DNA from: an uncultured Pelagibacteraceae bacterium
GTDB lineage: Bacteria; Pseudomonadota; Alphaproteobacteria; Pelagibacterales; Pelagibacteraceae
Length of the DNA: 64,000 bases
Assembly (NCBI GenBank): GCA_902521615.1
Contig: CABYSJ010000001.1
Coordinates: 124,732-188,731 of the forward strand
Direction: 5' to 3'
A program made the translations under genes and the position numbers. Every line of letters starts with the position of its first letter. Within the stretch, counting starts at the first letter, position 1. Of the stretch, positions 54,561 through 63,454 are shown in pieces. Under the pieces are notes generated by a model that searched no databases, was not told the DNA's origin, and worked only from the letters and a program-made list of their open reading frames with translations.

Positions 54561-55628
54561 ATGAATATTAAAAAATACCTGGTTGTATTACCAGGTATTA
54601 TATTGGCATTTGTTCTTTACACTTTATCTCAAGGTTTCAATAATATTCTTGGTATTGAACTATTAGGCTATGAAAAAAGTCCAATATCTACTGCAATGAT
54701 AGCTATTTTATTAGGAATGTTTTTCGGAAATATTTTTCAAATAAGAGAAATTTTTTTAAAAGGATTAGATTTTACACAAAAATATATTCTTAAACTAGGT
54801 ATTATTTGTCTAGGTATTCAATTGAAGCCATTTGAATTTTTAGAATTCGGAAAAATAGCAATTCCATTAATTATAATCTGTATAATCAGTGTGTTAATAG
54901 TAATTAAAGTTCTTATTAAAAGATTAAAAATACCAACAAGAATGGCTTACTTGATATCAATAGGGAGTACTGTCTGTGGTACTACTGCAATTATGGCTAC
55001 TGCTCCTGTCATCGGTGCAAAAAAAAACGAGGTGTCGTATGCAATTGCTAATATTACATTGTTTGGAATACTTTCGATGCTTATTTATCCTTATTTTGCT
55101 AACTTTTATTTTGAAAGTGAGCCTTTACTAATTGGATTGTTTTTAGGAACCTCAATCCATGAAACCTCTCAAGTTGCAGCTGCAGGATTGATTTATGATC
55201 AGCAGTTTAATAGTCCTGAAACTTTAAATATCGCAACAGTAACGAAATTAATAAGGAATACCTTTTTGATTATCATGATCCCTTTATTTGCATTTCTTTA
55301 TAATCGAGGAAAAACTACAGAAAAGAAATACTCAATAATAGATATTTTTCCTTACTTTGTATTAGGATTTGTAGCAATGATAATAATTAGAAATTTAGGT
55401 GATCTAATGTATTCAAATAATTACGAATGGTTGGTTATAATTGAGGGTATTAAATTGTCCTCAAAAATATTTTTAACAATGGCAATGGCAGCAATAGGGC
55501 TTTCAACTAACTTAAAAGAACTTAAAAATATGGGCTACAAACCTTTTATAGTTGGTTTTATAGGTATGGCAACGGTAGGATTGTTTAGTATTACAACTAT
55601 CGAATTATATTTAAATTTTTTTAATTAA
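54561..55628 (+). CDS. YeiH / putative sulfate exporter family (SuyZ-like)
   Basis: VCGTTAIMA, GTSIHETSQV, TKLIRN, AMAAIGL; directly follows suyB. Confidence 0.88.
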   Translation: MNIKKYLVVLPGIILAFVLYTLSQGFNNILGIELLGYEKSPISTAMIAILLGMFFGNIFQIREIFLKGLDFTQKYILKLGIICLGIQLKPFEFLEFGKIAIPLIIICIISVLIVIKVLIKRLKIPTRMAYLISIGSTVCGTTAIMATAPVIGAKKNEVSYAIANITLFGILSMLIYPYFANFYFESEPLLIGLFLGTSIHETSQVAAAGLIYDQQFNSPETLNIATVTKLIRNTFLIIMIPLFAFLYNRGKTTEKKYSIIDIFPYFVLGFVAMIIIRNLGDLMYSNNYEWLVIIEGIKLSSKIFLTMAMAAIGLSTNLKELKNMGYKPFIVGFIGMATVGLFSITTIELYLNFFN

Positions 55629-56704
55629 GATTTGACTAATAATTTTTTTCTAAAGTTTGAAATAAATCGTCTTATAAAAGCTGCTCCAACACCTAAAGTA
55701 ATTGCAAACATAATTGTAAATAGCCCATAAAAGAAAGGCATTTCTTTAGAAAAATCAATTATAAATTGAGAAAAGAAATTTAAATCTGAACTAGTTGCTT
55801 TAGCAGTTCCATTTATAATTTTGTCTGCAAAAAACGTGTCGTATGCTATCGCTATACCTACTATCAGTAATAAAATTGCTAATAAGGCTCTTAAACCGGA
55901 ACTATCGATTCTTTCTCCTAATTTTTGCCCAACCTGAACTCCTATTATAGATCCTACAACTAACATAAGAACTAGAAATAAATCTATAGACCCGTAATTA
56001 AATGAATGAAGAAAAGTAACAACCACACTTACAAAAATTGTTACAAATAAAGATGTACCAGGAACTAATTTAGTAGGCATTTTAATTATATAAATCATAG
56101 CAGGAACTAAAATAAAAGCACCTCCGATCCCCATAATGGCTGCAATAAATCCAACTAATAAACCAATTATAATTGGTGTAAAAATACTCTCATATAATTT
56201 TGACTTTGGAAATCTCATTCTTAATGGAAGACCATGTATCCAATAATGAACATGTAATTTTTTTTTAACTACAACGTTTCTTTTTGCTTTATCTATTTCA
56301 CCCAAACTCTCAACCAACATTAAAGTTCCGATTATTGCCAATATATACATATAAGCTAGAGAGATAACCGTATCAATTTTTCCGATACCTTTAAAATATG
56401 TAAAAGTGTAAATTCCTAAAGAAGTTCCAATTACACCTCCAATTACAATCATTGAACCCATTTTATAATCTAAAGTATTTTTTAAATAATGCGTAGTAGA
56501 TCCAGAAACTGAAGTAGCTAAGATATTATTTGCTTCATTTGCAACAGCGTATGCAGGAGGTATTCCTAAAAAAATTAAAAAAGGTGTCATCAAAAACCCA
56601 CCACCAACACCAAATAAACCTGAAAGTACTCCAACAATTGCGCTTAATAAAAGTATTTCGATAGGGTTAACAAAAACTTGAGCTATCGGTAAAAATACTT
56701 CCAT
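55625..56704 (-). CDS. TauE/SafE (TSUP) sulfite exporter family with C-terminal extension
   Basis: GLFGVGGGFLMTP, MGIGGAFILVP, GSIIGVQVG. Confidence 0.88.
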   Translation of the reverse strand: MEVFLPIAQVFVNPIEILLLSAIVGVLSGLFGVGGGFLMTPFLIFLGIPPAYAVANEANNILATSVSGSTTHYLKNTLDYKMGSMIVIGGVIGTSLGIYTFTYFKGIGKIDTVISLAYMYILAIIGTLMLVESLGEIDKAKRNVVVKKKLHVHYWIHGLPLRMRFPKSKLYESIFTPIIIGLLVGFIAAIMGIGGAFILVPAMIYIIKMPTKLVPGTSLFVTIFVSVVVTFLHSFNYGSIDLFLVLMLVVGSIIGVQVGQKLGERIDSSGLRALLAILLLIVGIAIAYDTFFADKIINGTAKATSSDLNFFSQFIIDFSKEMPFFYGLFTIMFAITLGVGAAFIRRFISNFRKKLLVKS

Positions 56705-56716
56705 AAAAAATTTAAA

Positions 56717-56736
56717 AAGTTGTTAAAAAACAACTT
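56717..56736 (-). terminator. Weak hairpin between the small ORF and tauE
   Basis: 8-bp inverted repeat aagttgtt / aacaactt with a 4-nt loop, followed by U-rich sequence on the minus strand. Confidence 0.35.
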
Positions 56737-56869
56737 AGTTAAAAGTGATAAAAGTTCCAACTAAAATCACTCCCCAGTAAGCTGTTAAGCTTGCTATAAT
56801 TCCTGCCTTAATAAATGTGGTTTTAAAATTTGAGAGTTTATTGATAATTTTTACGTTAGAAAGTAACAT
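56735..56869 (-). CDS. Small single-TM protein, 44 aa (below cutoff)
   Basis: Manual translation MLLSNVKIINKLSNFKTTFIKAGIIASLTAYWGVILVGTFITFN. Confidence 0.55.
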   Translation of the reverse strand: MLLSNVKIINKLSNFKTTFIKAGIIASLTAYWGVILVGTFITFN

Positions 56870-56877
56870 TTAATTCG

Positions 56878-56905
56878 TCAATACACCCACAACGAAATTT
56901 GTCAA
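56878..56905 (-). promoter_or_regulatory. Candidate sigma70 promoter for the small ORF and tauE
   Basis: Perfect TTGACA (56905-56900), 16-nt spacer, TATTGA (56883-56878). Confidence 0.35.
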
Positions 56906-56937
56906 ACAATAATTTATTATTAAGCAATTTTTTTTGC

Positions 56938-57288
56938 CTAGTAGATGGTAGCCCCAAAAACTTTAATTGTATCGTCCTCAACTCCTAACACCAACCTTCC
57001 AAGGAACTCTCCTGGGATCTCTTTATTTGTCTGTTTGATCAAAACAGTTATGTGATCTCCTCTTCTTAGGCATCCAAAAGGTTCGAAAGTCTCTTTAAGA
57101 TTAGTGATAAGCTTATTATTAGCCCACTGTTTACCAAGTTCTACTTCGTTAGCACCAAAAAGCATTTGGGTAGAGAAATCTCTAGTAAACCCTCCATAAT
57201 CTTTTAGATTAGATGATTTAACCAAGTTATCCCAAATAGGTTTGGCTAATTCATATATTTCATCATCTGATTTAGATAAAATATCCAT
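56938..57288 (-). CDS. Hypothetical protein downstream of aprA
   Basis: 116 aa, clean start and stop, 21 nt after the aprA stop. Confidence 0.8.
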   Translation of the reverse strand: MDILSKSDDEIYELAKPIWDNLVKSSNLKDYGGFTRDFSTQMLFGANEVELGKQWANNKLITNLKETFEPFGCLRRGDHITVLIKQTNKEIPGEFLGRLVLGVEDDTIKVFGATIY

Positions 57289-57309
57289 TTGATTTAATTA
57301 AATTATCTA

Positions 57310-59169
57310 CTACGAAGCTTTTTTCTTTTCGTTCTCATCCACTATATGGTAGACAGGAACTTTCTCCATACTAAACTTGCCAGTTTTAGGGTCACGTCTA
57401 GAAACTGTTAGACAATGCCAATTTTCATCATCAAGCTTCATATGATCACCTCTATAATAGTAGCCTGGCCACCTAGTCTCTTCTCTAAATAAAGTATGTT
57501 CCGTTACACACTGAGAAGTCAAAGCTCTATGTTTCAACTCCCAAGCTCTCATAAGCTGGTGATAATCTTCAGCTCCAACATGCTCCAAGTCCTCTTGTAG
57601 CCAATCTAATAACTCAAGTCCTCTTTTCAGCATATTACCATTAGTCATGTAATTTGAGGTAATTCCACCCACGTATTCATCCATGATTTTCTGTAATCTT
57701 TGAAGACCTTGGATTGGAGATATATAGCTAGGAGAAACTGTTCCACCAGTAATCTCATTTCTAGCAACTGTGTAGTTTTCTAGTGGTTTGTAAACTGCAC
57801 TTTTGAAATCCTCACACTGTTTATCTGAAACTTTAACCCCCTCGGCTTTTTTGTCTTCAATGTATTTAACAGCAGCTTTTGCAGCTAATCTACCCTCTGT
57901 AAAAGATCCAGAGGAAAACTTATGGGCACTTCCACCAACTGTATCTCCTGCACCAAATAAACCATCAATAGTTAGCATTCTGTTATAACCCCAAAAATAT
58001 TCTGGTGGTGATAAATCCTCAGGGCCGCTCACCCATGCGCCAGAACAAGTAGCATGTGAACCCATTACATAAGGTTCAGATGTAGTTAATTCTGGATTTG
58101 TGTATTTTGGATCAATATTTTGAGATGCCCAAACAACAGCTTGACCAACAGTCATTCCTAAAAAATTTTCCCAACCTACTGTTTCTAAATGCGGATCTTG
58201 GAAAGCCTCAGTAGTTACCATATGGATTGGTCCACCGCCTGCGGCTACTTCCTGAATAAACGCATGATTTCTCAAACAAGTTGGTGTTGGATGATGATCA
58301 ATGTATTCACCAACTAATTCTTTAGTTTGGTCATACCATTTTTTCTCATAGTTTTCACCATTTGCATTTTGTGTGTATGTTTTTAAATGAAGGAAATATG
58401 CTCCAACTGGTCCATATCCATCTTTAAATCTACATAATACAATTCTGTTTTCCATTTGAGTCATCTTTGCACCTGCTGCAATAGGCAATGCATATGCAGA
58501 TCCATTACTCCATGGTGCATACCAAGTTCTACCCATTCCTTCTCCAACCGCTCTTGGTTTAAAGATGTGTGAAGCTCCACCAGCAGCAACAATTACTGCT
58601 TTTGCTCTAAATACATGAAAATCACCTGTTCTCATATTAAACCCAACTGCTCCACCAATTCTATTGCCTTGAGACTCGTCCATTAAAAGATGAGTAATCA
58701 TTATTCTGTTATAAATTTTATCTGCAGATTTTTTTGCTGCCTCTGCTACAATCGGTTTGTAACTTTCACCATGGATCATAATCTGCCATTTTCCCTCTCT
58801 TAAGTATCTTCCAGTTTCTTCGTTCTTCATCATAGGTAAGCCCCATTCATCAAACATATGAACTGTAGAGTCTACGTGACGAGCCATGTCATAACCTAAA
58901 TCTTCTCTTACCATTCCCATTAAATCATTTCTTGCATATCTAACATGATCTTCTGGTTGGTTTTCACCCCACTGCATTCCCATGTAACAGTTAATCGCAT
59001 AAAGTCCCTGAGCAACAGCTCCACTTCTATCAATGTTAGCTTTTTCAACACAAACAATTTTCATGTCTCTACCCCAGTGTCTTGCTTCAAAGGTAGCACC
59101 AGTACCGGCCATACCTCCACCAACAACTAATATATCACAATCTTCGTAATGAGTTTTATGACTAGCCAT
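57310..59169 (-). CDS. aprA: Adenylylsulfate reductase alpha subunit
   Basis: EKANIDRSGAVAQGL, WQIMIHGESYKP, WYAPWSNGSAY, RFKDGYGPVGA, HKFSSGS. Confidence 0.97.
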   Translation of the reverse strand: MASHKTHYEDCDILVVGGGMAGTGATFEARHWGRDMKIVCVEKANIDRSGAVAQGLYAINCYMGMQWGENQPEDHVRYARNDLMGMVREDLGYDMARHVDSTVHMFDEWGLPMMKNEETGRYLREGKWQIMIHGESYKPIVAEAAKKSADKIYNRIMITHLLMDESQGNRIGGAVGFNMRTGDFHVFRAKAVIVAAGGASHIFKPRAVGEGMGRTWYAPWSNGSAYALPIAAGAKMTQMENRIVLCRFKDGYGPVGAYFLHLKTYTQNANGENYEKKWYDQTKELVGEYIDHHPTPTCLRNHAFIQEVAAGGGPIHMVTTEAFQDPHLETVGWENFLGMTVGQAVVWASQNIDPKYTNPELTTSEPYVMGSHATCSGAWVSGPEDLSPPEYFWGYNRMLTIDGLFGAGDTVGGSAHKFSSGSFTEGRLAAKAAVKYIEDKKAEGVKVSDKQCEDFKSAVYKPLENYTVARNEITGGTVSPSYISPIQGLQRLQKIMDEYVGGITSNYMTNGNMLKRGLELLDWLQEDLEHVGAEDYHQLMRAWELKHRALTSQCVTEHTLFREETRWPGYYYRGDHMKLDDENWHCLTVSRRDPKTGKFSMEKVPVYHIVDENEKKKAS

Positions 59170-59639
59170 TAATAATAAACTCCTTTTTTAAAGGACTCCT
59201 TAGGAACACTCGGAAGCTCTCCATCTATATTTAAACCTTCTGGTTCAGTATATAATCTTTGTGAATTTATCTCTCCTTGATTAGGTTTGTCCCCATCTGC
59301 TAATTTTGGAATAAATTTTCCCCAAGGCTTAGTTGTAATTGGAGATACGAAATTTTTTTCAGTTCCATTTCTAAATTTAATTTTCCAAGAGATTGTTCCT
59401 TTTTCTTCTTCCCTTCTTACCCTAACGCTGTGTCCCATTGGAGCAAAGTCTGCATATCCTCTAACATCAATAGCGTGGTTAGGACAAGCTTTGACACAAG
59501 AATAACATTCCCAACAAAAGTTAGGTTCTATATTTTTTGCACGTCTAATGTTTTCATCAATGTGCATTATATCTGATGGGCAAATATCTACACAATGACC
59601 ACAGCCATCACATCTTGTCATATATACAAATGTTGACAT
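59169..59639 (-). CDS. aprB: Adenylylsulfate reductase beta subunit
   Basis: CDGCGHCVDICPSDIM, CWECYSCVKACP; SD AAGGAGAGAG. Confidence 0.97.
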   Translation of the reverse strand: MSTFVYMTRCDGCGHCVDICPSDIMHIDENIRRAKNIEPNFCWECYSCVKACPNHAIDVRGYADFAPMGHSVRVRREEEKGTISWKIKFRNGTEKNFVSPITTKPWGKFIPKLADGDKPNQGEINSQRLYTEPEGLNIDGELPSVPKESFKKGVYY

Positions 59640-59672
59640 ATTATTCTCTCTCCTTTTTAAATTTTATCATAA

Positions 59673-60473
59673 TTAATAATGTTTAGGTTGTTCTCTTTTA
59701 ATACCCAAACCAAATTGTTCAGGTGCATCAGCAGGTGGTGGTAAATTATCTCTTGAACCATCTGCTTCAGCTAAATTCTTTTGTATTGCTGCGCCAGGTT
59801 TATAAAACATGTGTGCAAACTTAGACCAATAAACTCCTCCAAATAAAACTAGGTTTGAAACCACAAATAATACTAAAAATAAATTTGCATCCCATCTTCC
59901 TTCTAAATTTAAACCTTGAAGATATGACCAAATAAATCCGGTTAAGGAAGTTGCAATCAGAGCTAATACAAATAAATCTGCTTTAATAATTCTGTACCAA
60001 GGTTGCGCTTCAGAATAAACATCAACTCTTAAGAAGAACCAAAACCATGATCCACCCAAGATCGTCATCAAAGCACCAATATGCCAAATCATTGGCCAAA
60101 TAGCCGGAGTTTCTGAATTTGCTGATGAATAACAAAATATCATCACAACAGAGCCAACCCAAAACAATATAGTACCGTACATTCCAAGAACATGTGCTAC
60201 TCTTCTTTTACCAGCCCCTAATTCTGATGTAGTTCCGATGTCGTATGCAATTGTTTTTGAAACAACTGCAATTCTTTCACCAGTTGACAGTTCTTTGGTC
60301 GCATTTTTTTTTGCTTTCTTGGCATTTTCAAAAAAGTATTTCACATTCTTTTTATGAATTATGTCTAAAAGAGTTCCTCCAACAATTAATAAAACCATTA
60401 ACACCACAAAACCTTGCATAACTATAGATGGAACTGTTTCAGCTAGAATTGAAAAAGGATTTGTTGCAAACAT
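59673..60473 (-). CDS. aprM: Adenylylsulfate reductase membrane anchor
   Basis: Multi-TM protein before aprB; RRVAHVLGMYG, WSKFAHMFYKPGAA, EADGSRDNLP. Confidence 0.9.
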   Translation of the reverse strand: MFATNPFSILAETVPSIVMQGFVVLMVLLIVGGTLLDIIHKKNVKYFFENAKKAKKNATKELSTGERIAVVSKTIAYDIGTTSELGAGKRRVAHVLGMYGTILFWVGSVVMIFCYSSANSETPAIWPMIWHIGALMTILGGSWFWFFLRVDVYSEAQPWYRIIKADLFVLALIATSLTGFIWSYLQGLNLEGRWDANLFLVLFVVSNLVLFGGVYWSKFAHMFYKPGAAIQKNLAEADGSRDNLPPPADAPEQFGLGIKREQPKHY

Positions 60474-60578
60474 TTTTAATACACTTGTAAAATAAAATTG
60501 AATTAATTTAAGGTTTTCTATTCTAGAAATTTATATAGTTCAACCAAAAGTATTGGTCAATTTGTCTTTAATAACAAC

Positions 60579-60977
60579 TCAGAGTTTACGTTTGTAGTGT
60601 TGTTTGTTGGGAATCACTGACCTAACACCGCCCTGAGGATTCTCGACATCCCCTTTTCTTCTTGGAATTAAATGAATGTGGCAATGCATAATTGATTGTC
60701 CTGCAGATTTTCCTGCATTTGTGCCTATATTAAAACCTTTAACACTAGAATCTTGTTTTAAAATTTTTTCTTTAGTTTTTAAAATTAACTCGTTACATGC
60801 CTGAATTTCTTCTTTAGTAAGCTCAAAGTATGTCTCTACATGTCTTTTAGGAACGATAAGACTATGAAATTCTGAGACTGGATAGCTATCTATGGATGAG
60901 TAAGCCAATTGATTTTCAAACTGCAGCTCTTCTTTTCTAATTTTGCAAAATATACAAGGGTTGTTTGGATCTCTCAT
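60579..60977 (-). CDS. HIT family nucleotide hydrolase/transferase
   Basis: CIFC, YPVSEFHSLIVPKRH, GFNIG.NAGKSAGQ, HCHIH histidine triad. Confidence 0.93.
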   Translation of the reverse strand: MRDPNNPCIFCKIRKEELQFENQLAYSSIDSYPVSEFHSLIVPKRHVETYFELTKEEIQACNELILKTKEKILKQDSSVKGFNIGTNAGKSAGQSIMHCHIHLIPRRKGDVENPQGGVRSVIPNKQHYKRKL

Positions 60978-61723
60978 GTTTTAACAAGAGAATTGTATAT
61001 TTTATTTAAATTAGTGTAGCAACCAGTCTTTCTTCTCTTCCATTTAAGATCATTTATTTTTGAAACTGATGTTACTCCTTTACCAGATCCAATAAGAATT
61101 ATTTCATCATAATCATTAATAGATTCAATAGAAATATCTTTAAAATTAATTTTAATTTTCTTGCTTATAAATTTAAGCGTGTTTCCAATATAACAATTTT
61201 TTTTAGGTGAAAAAATTTTTCCCTTTTTCACAAAAACTAAATTTGAAGTACCAGTTTCTAAAATTTTATCATTAGCGACTAGAGCAATATCAAATTTAGT
61301 TGAGTCAACTTTACTTAATTTTGCTAATATTTTTTTATAATAGAGATTTTTATAATTTGGTTCTACTCTTTTATATCTAAATAATAACAGATTAAAATTA
61401 CTCTTTGGTTTTGGTCTTTTTCTAATTGAGACTGATATCAGTTTTTTATTTAAAGCTATACGAAATAAATTATCAGGACCTTTGTATAGAGTATTTTTGT
61501 CAATTAAATCTTTAATAATGCTTTTTAAATTTTTTTTTCTTATTCCATATTTTTTTGTAGATTTTATTAAGTTCTCTAAATGCGGTTTTAAAAGTATTAA
61601 CTTAGGAGGTTTTCCAACCATTCGCATTGTAGTGAATACACCTCTAGATCCCCAAAGATCATTGAAATTAACTTCTTTAAGATTACTAAGCTGATAAGAT
61701 TTTTTTAATAAGAGTGTTGCCAT
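60974..61723 (-). CDS. pabC: Aminotransferase class IV, probable aminodeoxychorismate lyase
   Basis: GVFTTMR, NYKNLYY (PLP Lys), ILETGTSNL; follows pabA/pabB. Confidence 0.72.
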   Translation of the reverse strand: MATLLLKKSYQLSNLKEVNFNDLWGSRGVFTTMRMVGKPPKLILLKPHLENLIKSTKKYGIRKKNLKSIIKDLIDKNTLYKGPDNLFRIALNKKLISVSIRKRPKPKSNFNLLLFRYKRVEPNYKNLYYKKILAKLSKVDSTKFDIALVANDKILETGTSNLVFVKKGKIFSPKKNCYIGNTLKFISKKIKINFKDISIESINDYDEIILIGSGKGVTSVSKINDLKWKRRKTGCYTNLNKIYNSLVKT

Positions 61724-62243
61724 TTTCTGTTAAAAAAGATTCTGGATGAAATTGAAATCCATATATTTTATTTTGATTATCTTCAAGGCCCATAGGTATT
61801 TTTGTTTTACTACATCTCATAGTTATTTTAATTGAAGTCGATTTGAATGGCTCCATTAATTTTAATGAATGATATCTACCAACTTTAAATTGTTGATTAT
61901 TTTTAAAGATTTTACTTTGATTATTTATTTTTATTTTGGATTGAAATCCATGATATATTCTTTTTTGCTGTATGATTTTACCTCCTTCATTATACAAAAT
62001 CATTTGATAACCAAGACAAATACCAATAATTTTTTTCTTTCCTTTATATTTTTTATAAATTTTCGATGTTATTGGATAATCTTTTGGTGATCCAGGTCCT
62101 GGTGATAAAACGATCGCATCACTTTTATCAAGCGATTTATCATTTACTTCATAATAGTTTGCACAAATTACTTTATCAAATTTTGCAAATTGATGAACCA
62201 CATTCCAAGTAAAAGAGTCTTGATGATCAATTATGTAAATCAT
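61686..62243 (-). CDS. pabA: Glutamine amidotransferase component (PabA/TrpG)
   Basis: IDHQDSFTWN, LSPGPG, GICLG, GRYHSL, FQFHPES. Confidence 0.85.
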   Translation of the reverse strand: MIYIIDHQDSFTWNVVHQFAKFDKVICANYYEVNDKSLDKSDAIVLSPGPGSPKDYPITSKIYKKYKGKKKIIGICLGYQMILYNEGGKIIQQKRIYHGFQSKIKINNQSKIFKNNQQFKVGRYHSLKLMEPFKSTSIKITMRCSKTKIPMGLEDNQNKIYGFQFHPESFLTENGNTLIKKILSA

Positions 62244-63454
62244 TTAAATAACTCCAGTAAAGATTTTGCTTTAATATAATTTTCATTGAACTCTTTCTTT
62301 GGTGAGCTATCTAATACTACTCCAGATGCAGCAGATATCTCTGATTGATTTTTATAATTTAATATAGATCTAATAATAATATTAAACTTCATATCTTGAT
62401 TAAATTTAATAAATCCAAAACTACCTGTAAAAATATTTCTACTTTCTTTTTCTTGATTATTTAAAAGTTCTAATGTTCTAATTTTAGGGCAACCAATTAC
62501 GGATCCTCCCGGCATCATTGCTTTAATGATATCAATCAATTTTGTATTTTTATTTATTATTCCACCTATTGAAGTCACATAATGAAAAAGATGCTTGTAT
62601 TCCTCAACATATTTTTTTTTGATTATTTTAACACTTCCAGGTTTACAAATTTTAGATAAATCACTTCTTTCCATATCAACTATCATGTTGTGTTCTTTGG
62701 TTTCTTTCTCATTATTTTTAAAATATTTAAGAGCTATATTTTTATTAGAAGAGTATTTTTTCTTAAATGTACCAGCAATTGGTTTTGTAATTATTTTGTT
62801 TTTTTTCTTATCTATCAATGTTTCTGGGGAGCAACTTACTATAGAATAATCCTTGTCTTTTATCATAAATGACTCTGGGGAAGCATTAACACGCATTAAT
62901 TTCCAAAAAAAATTAATAGGATTAATTAATGATTTATTCTCATATTTTGTACAAATTTTTATTTGATAAGTCTCACCTTGTCTTATTTTTTTTGAAAATA
63001 ATTCAAATATTTTTTTATATTTTTCATAAGAAATATTAATCTTAAAGGGACTTAATATTTGAGTTTTGCTGAATTGATAATTGAAAGTATGTTTTTTTAT
63101 ATTAGATATAACTTTAATATCTTTTCTAATTTTAATTATCGTCTCAGGTTTATAAAAAACCCCTTTATAAAAATTTATCCTTTTTTTATTTTTTAAATTA
63201 ATACCAATTAAATTACATAAAATTTCGTAACCAAAAAAACCAAGATATAAATCTGTTTCTTTTTTGTATTTTTTATTCTCTAATGAGTTAAGAAAATTAT
63301 GTATATTTTTTTTTGTTAAAACAATTTTTTTTGAAAAATCAGTGTAAATATTATACCCGTTATCTACTTTATAAATAATTAAAGGTTTATCTGATTGATA
63401 CAGATCCTCTAGATAAGGGTTAAATTTAAACTTATGCTGGTTGAGTTCTTTCAA
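62240..63454 (-). CDS. pabB: Chorismate-binding enzyme, probable aminodeoxychorismate synthase component I (TTG start)
   Basis: GETYQIK, SCSPE, KPIAGT, EHNMIVDMERSDL, PGGSVIGCPKIR. Confidence 0.82.
   Translation of the reverse strand: MKELNQHKFKFNPYLEDLYQSDKPLIIYKVDNGYNIYTDFSKKIVLTKKNIHNFLNSLENKKYKKETDLYLGFFGYEILCNLIGINLKNKKRINFYKGVFYKPETIIKIRKDIKVISNIKKHTFNYQFSKTQILSPFKINISYEKYKKIFELFSKKIRQGETYQIKICTKYENKSLINPINFFWKLMRVNASPESFMIKDKDYSIVSCSPETLIDKKKNKIITKPIAGTFKKKYSSNKNIALKYFKNNEKETKEHNMIVDMERSDLSKICKPGSVKIIKKKYVEEYKHLFHYVTSIGGIINKNTKLIDIIKAMMPGGSVIGCPKIRTLELLNNQEKESRNIFTGSFGFIKFNQDMKFNIIIRSILNYKNQSEISAASGVVLDSSPKKEFNENYIKAKSLLELFK

Noticed and set aside
57310-59169. Higher GC in aprA as a sign of recent transfer
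   Set aside because: Hand-counted blocks near both ends are similar (about 40%), and the Gly/Ala-rich sequence explains much of it; a codon analysis would be needed.
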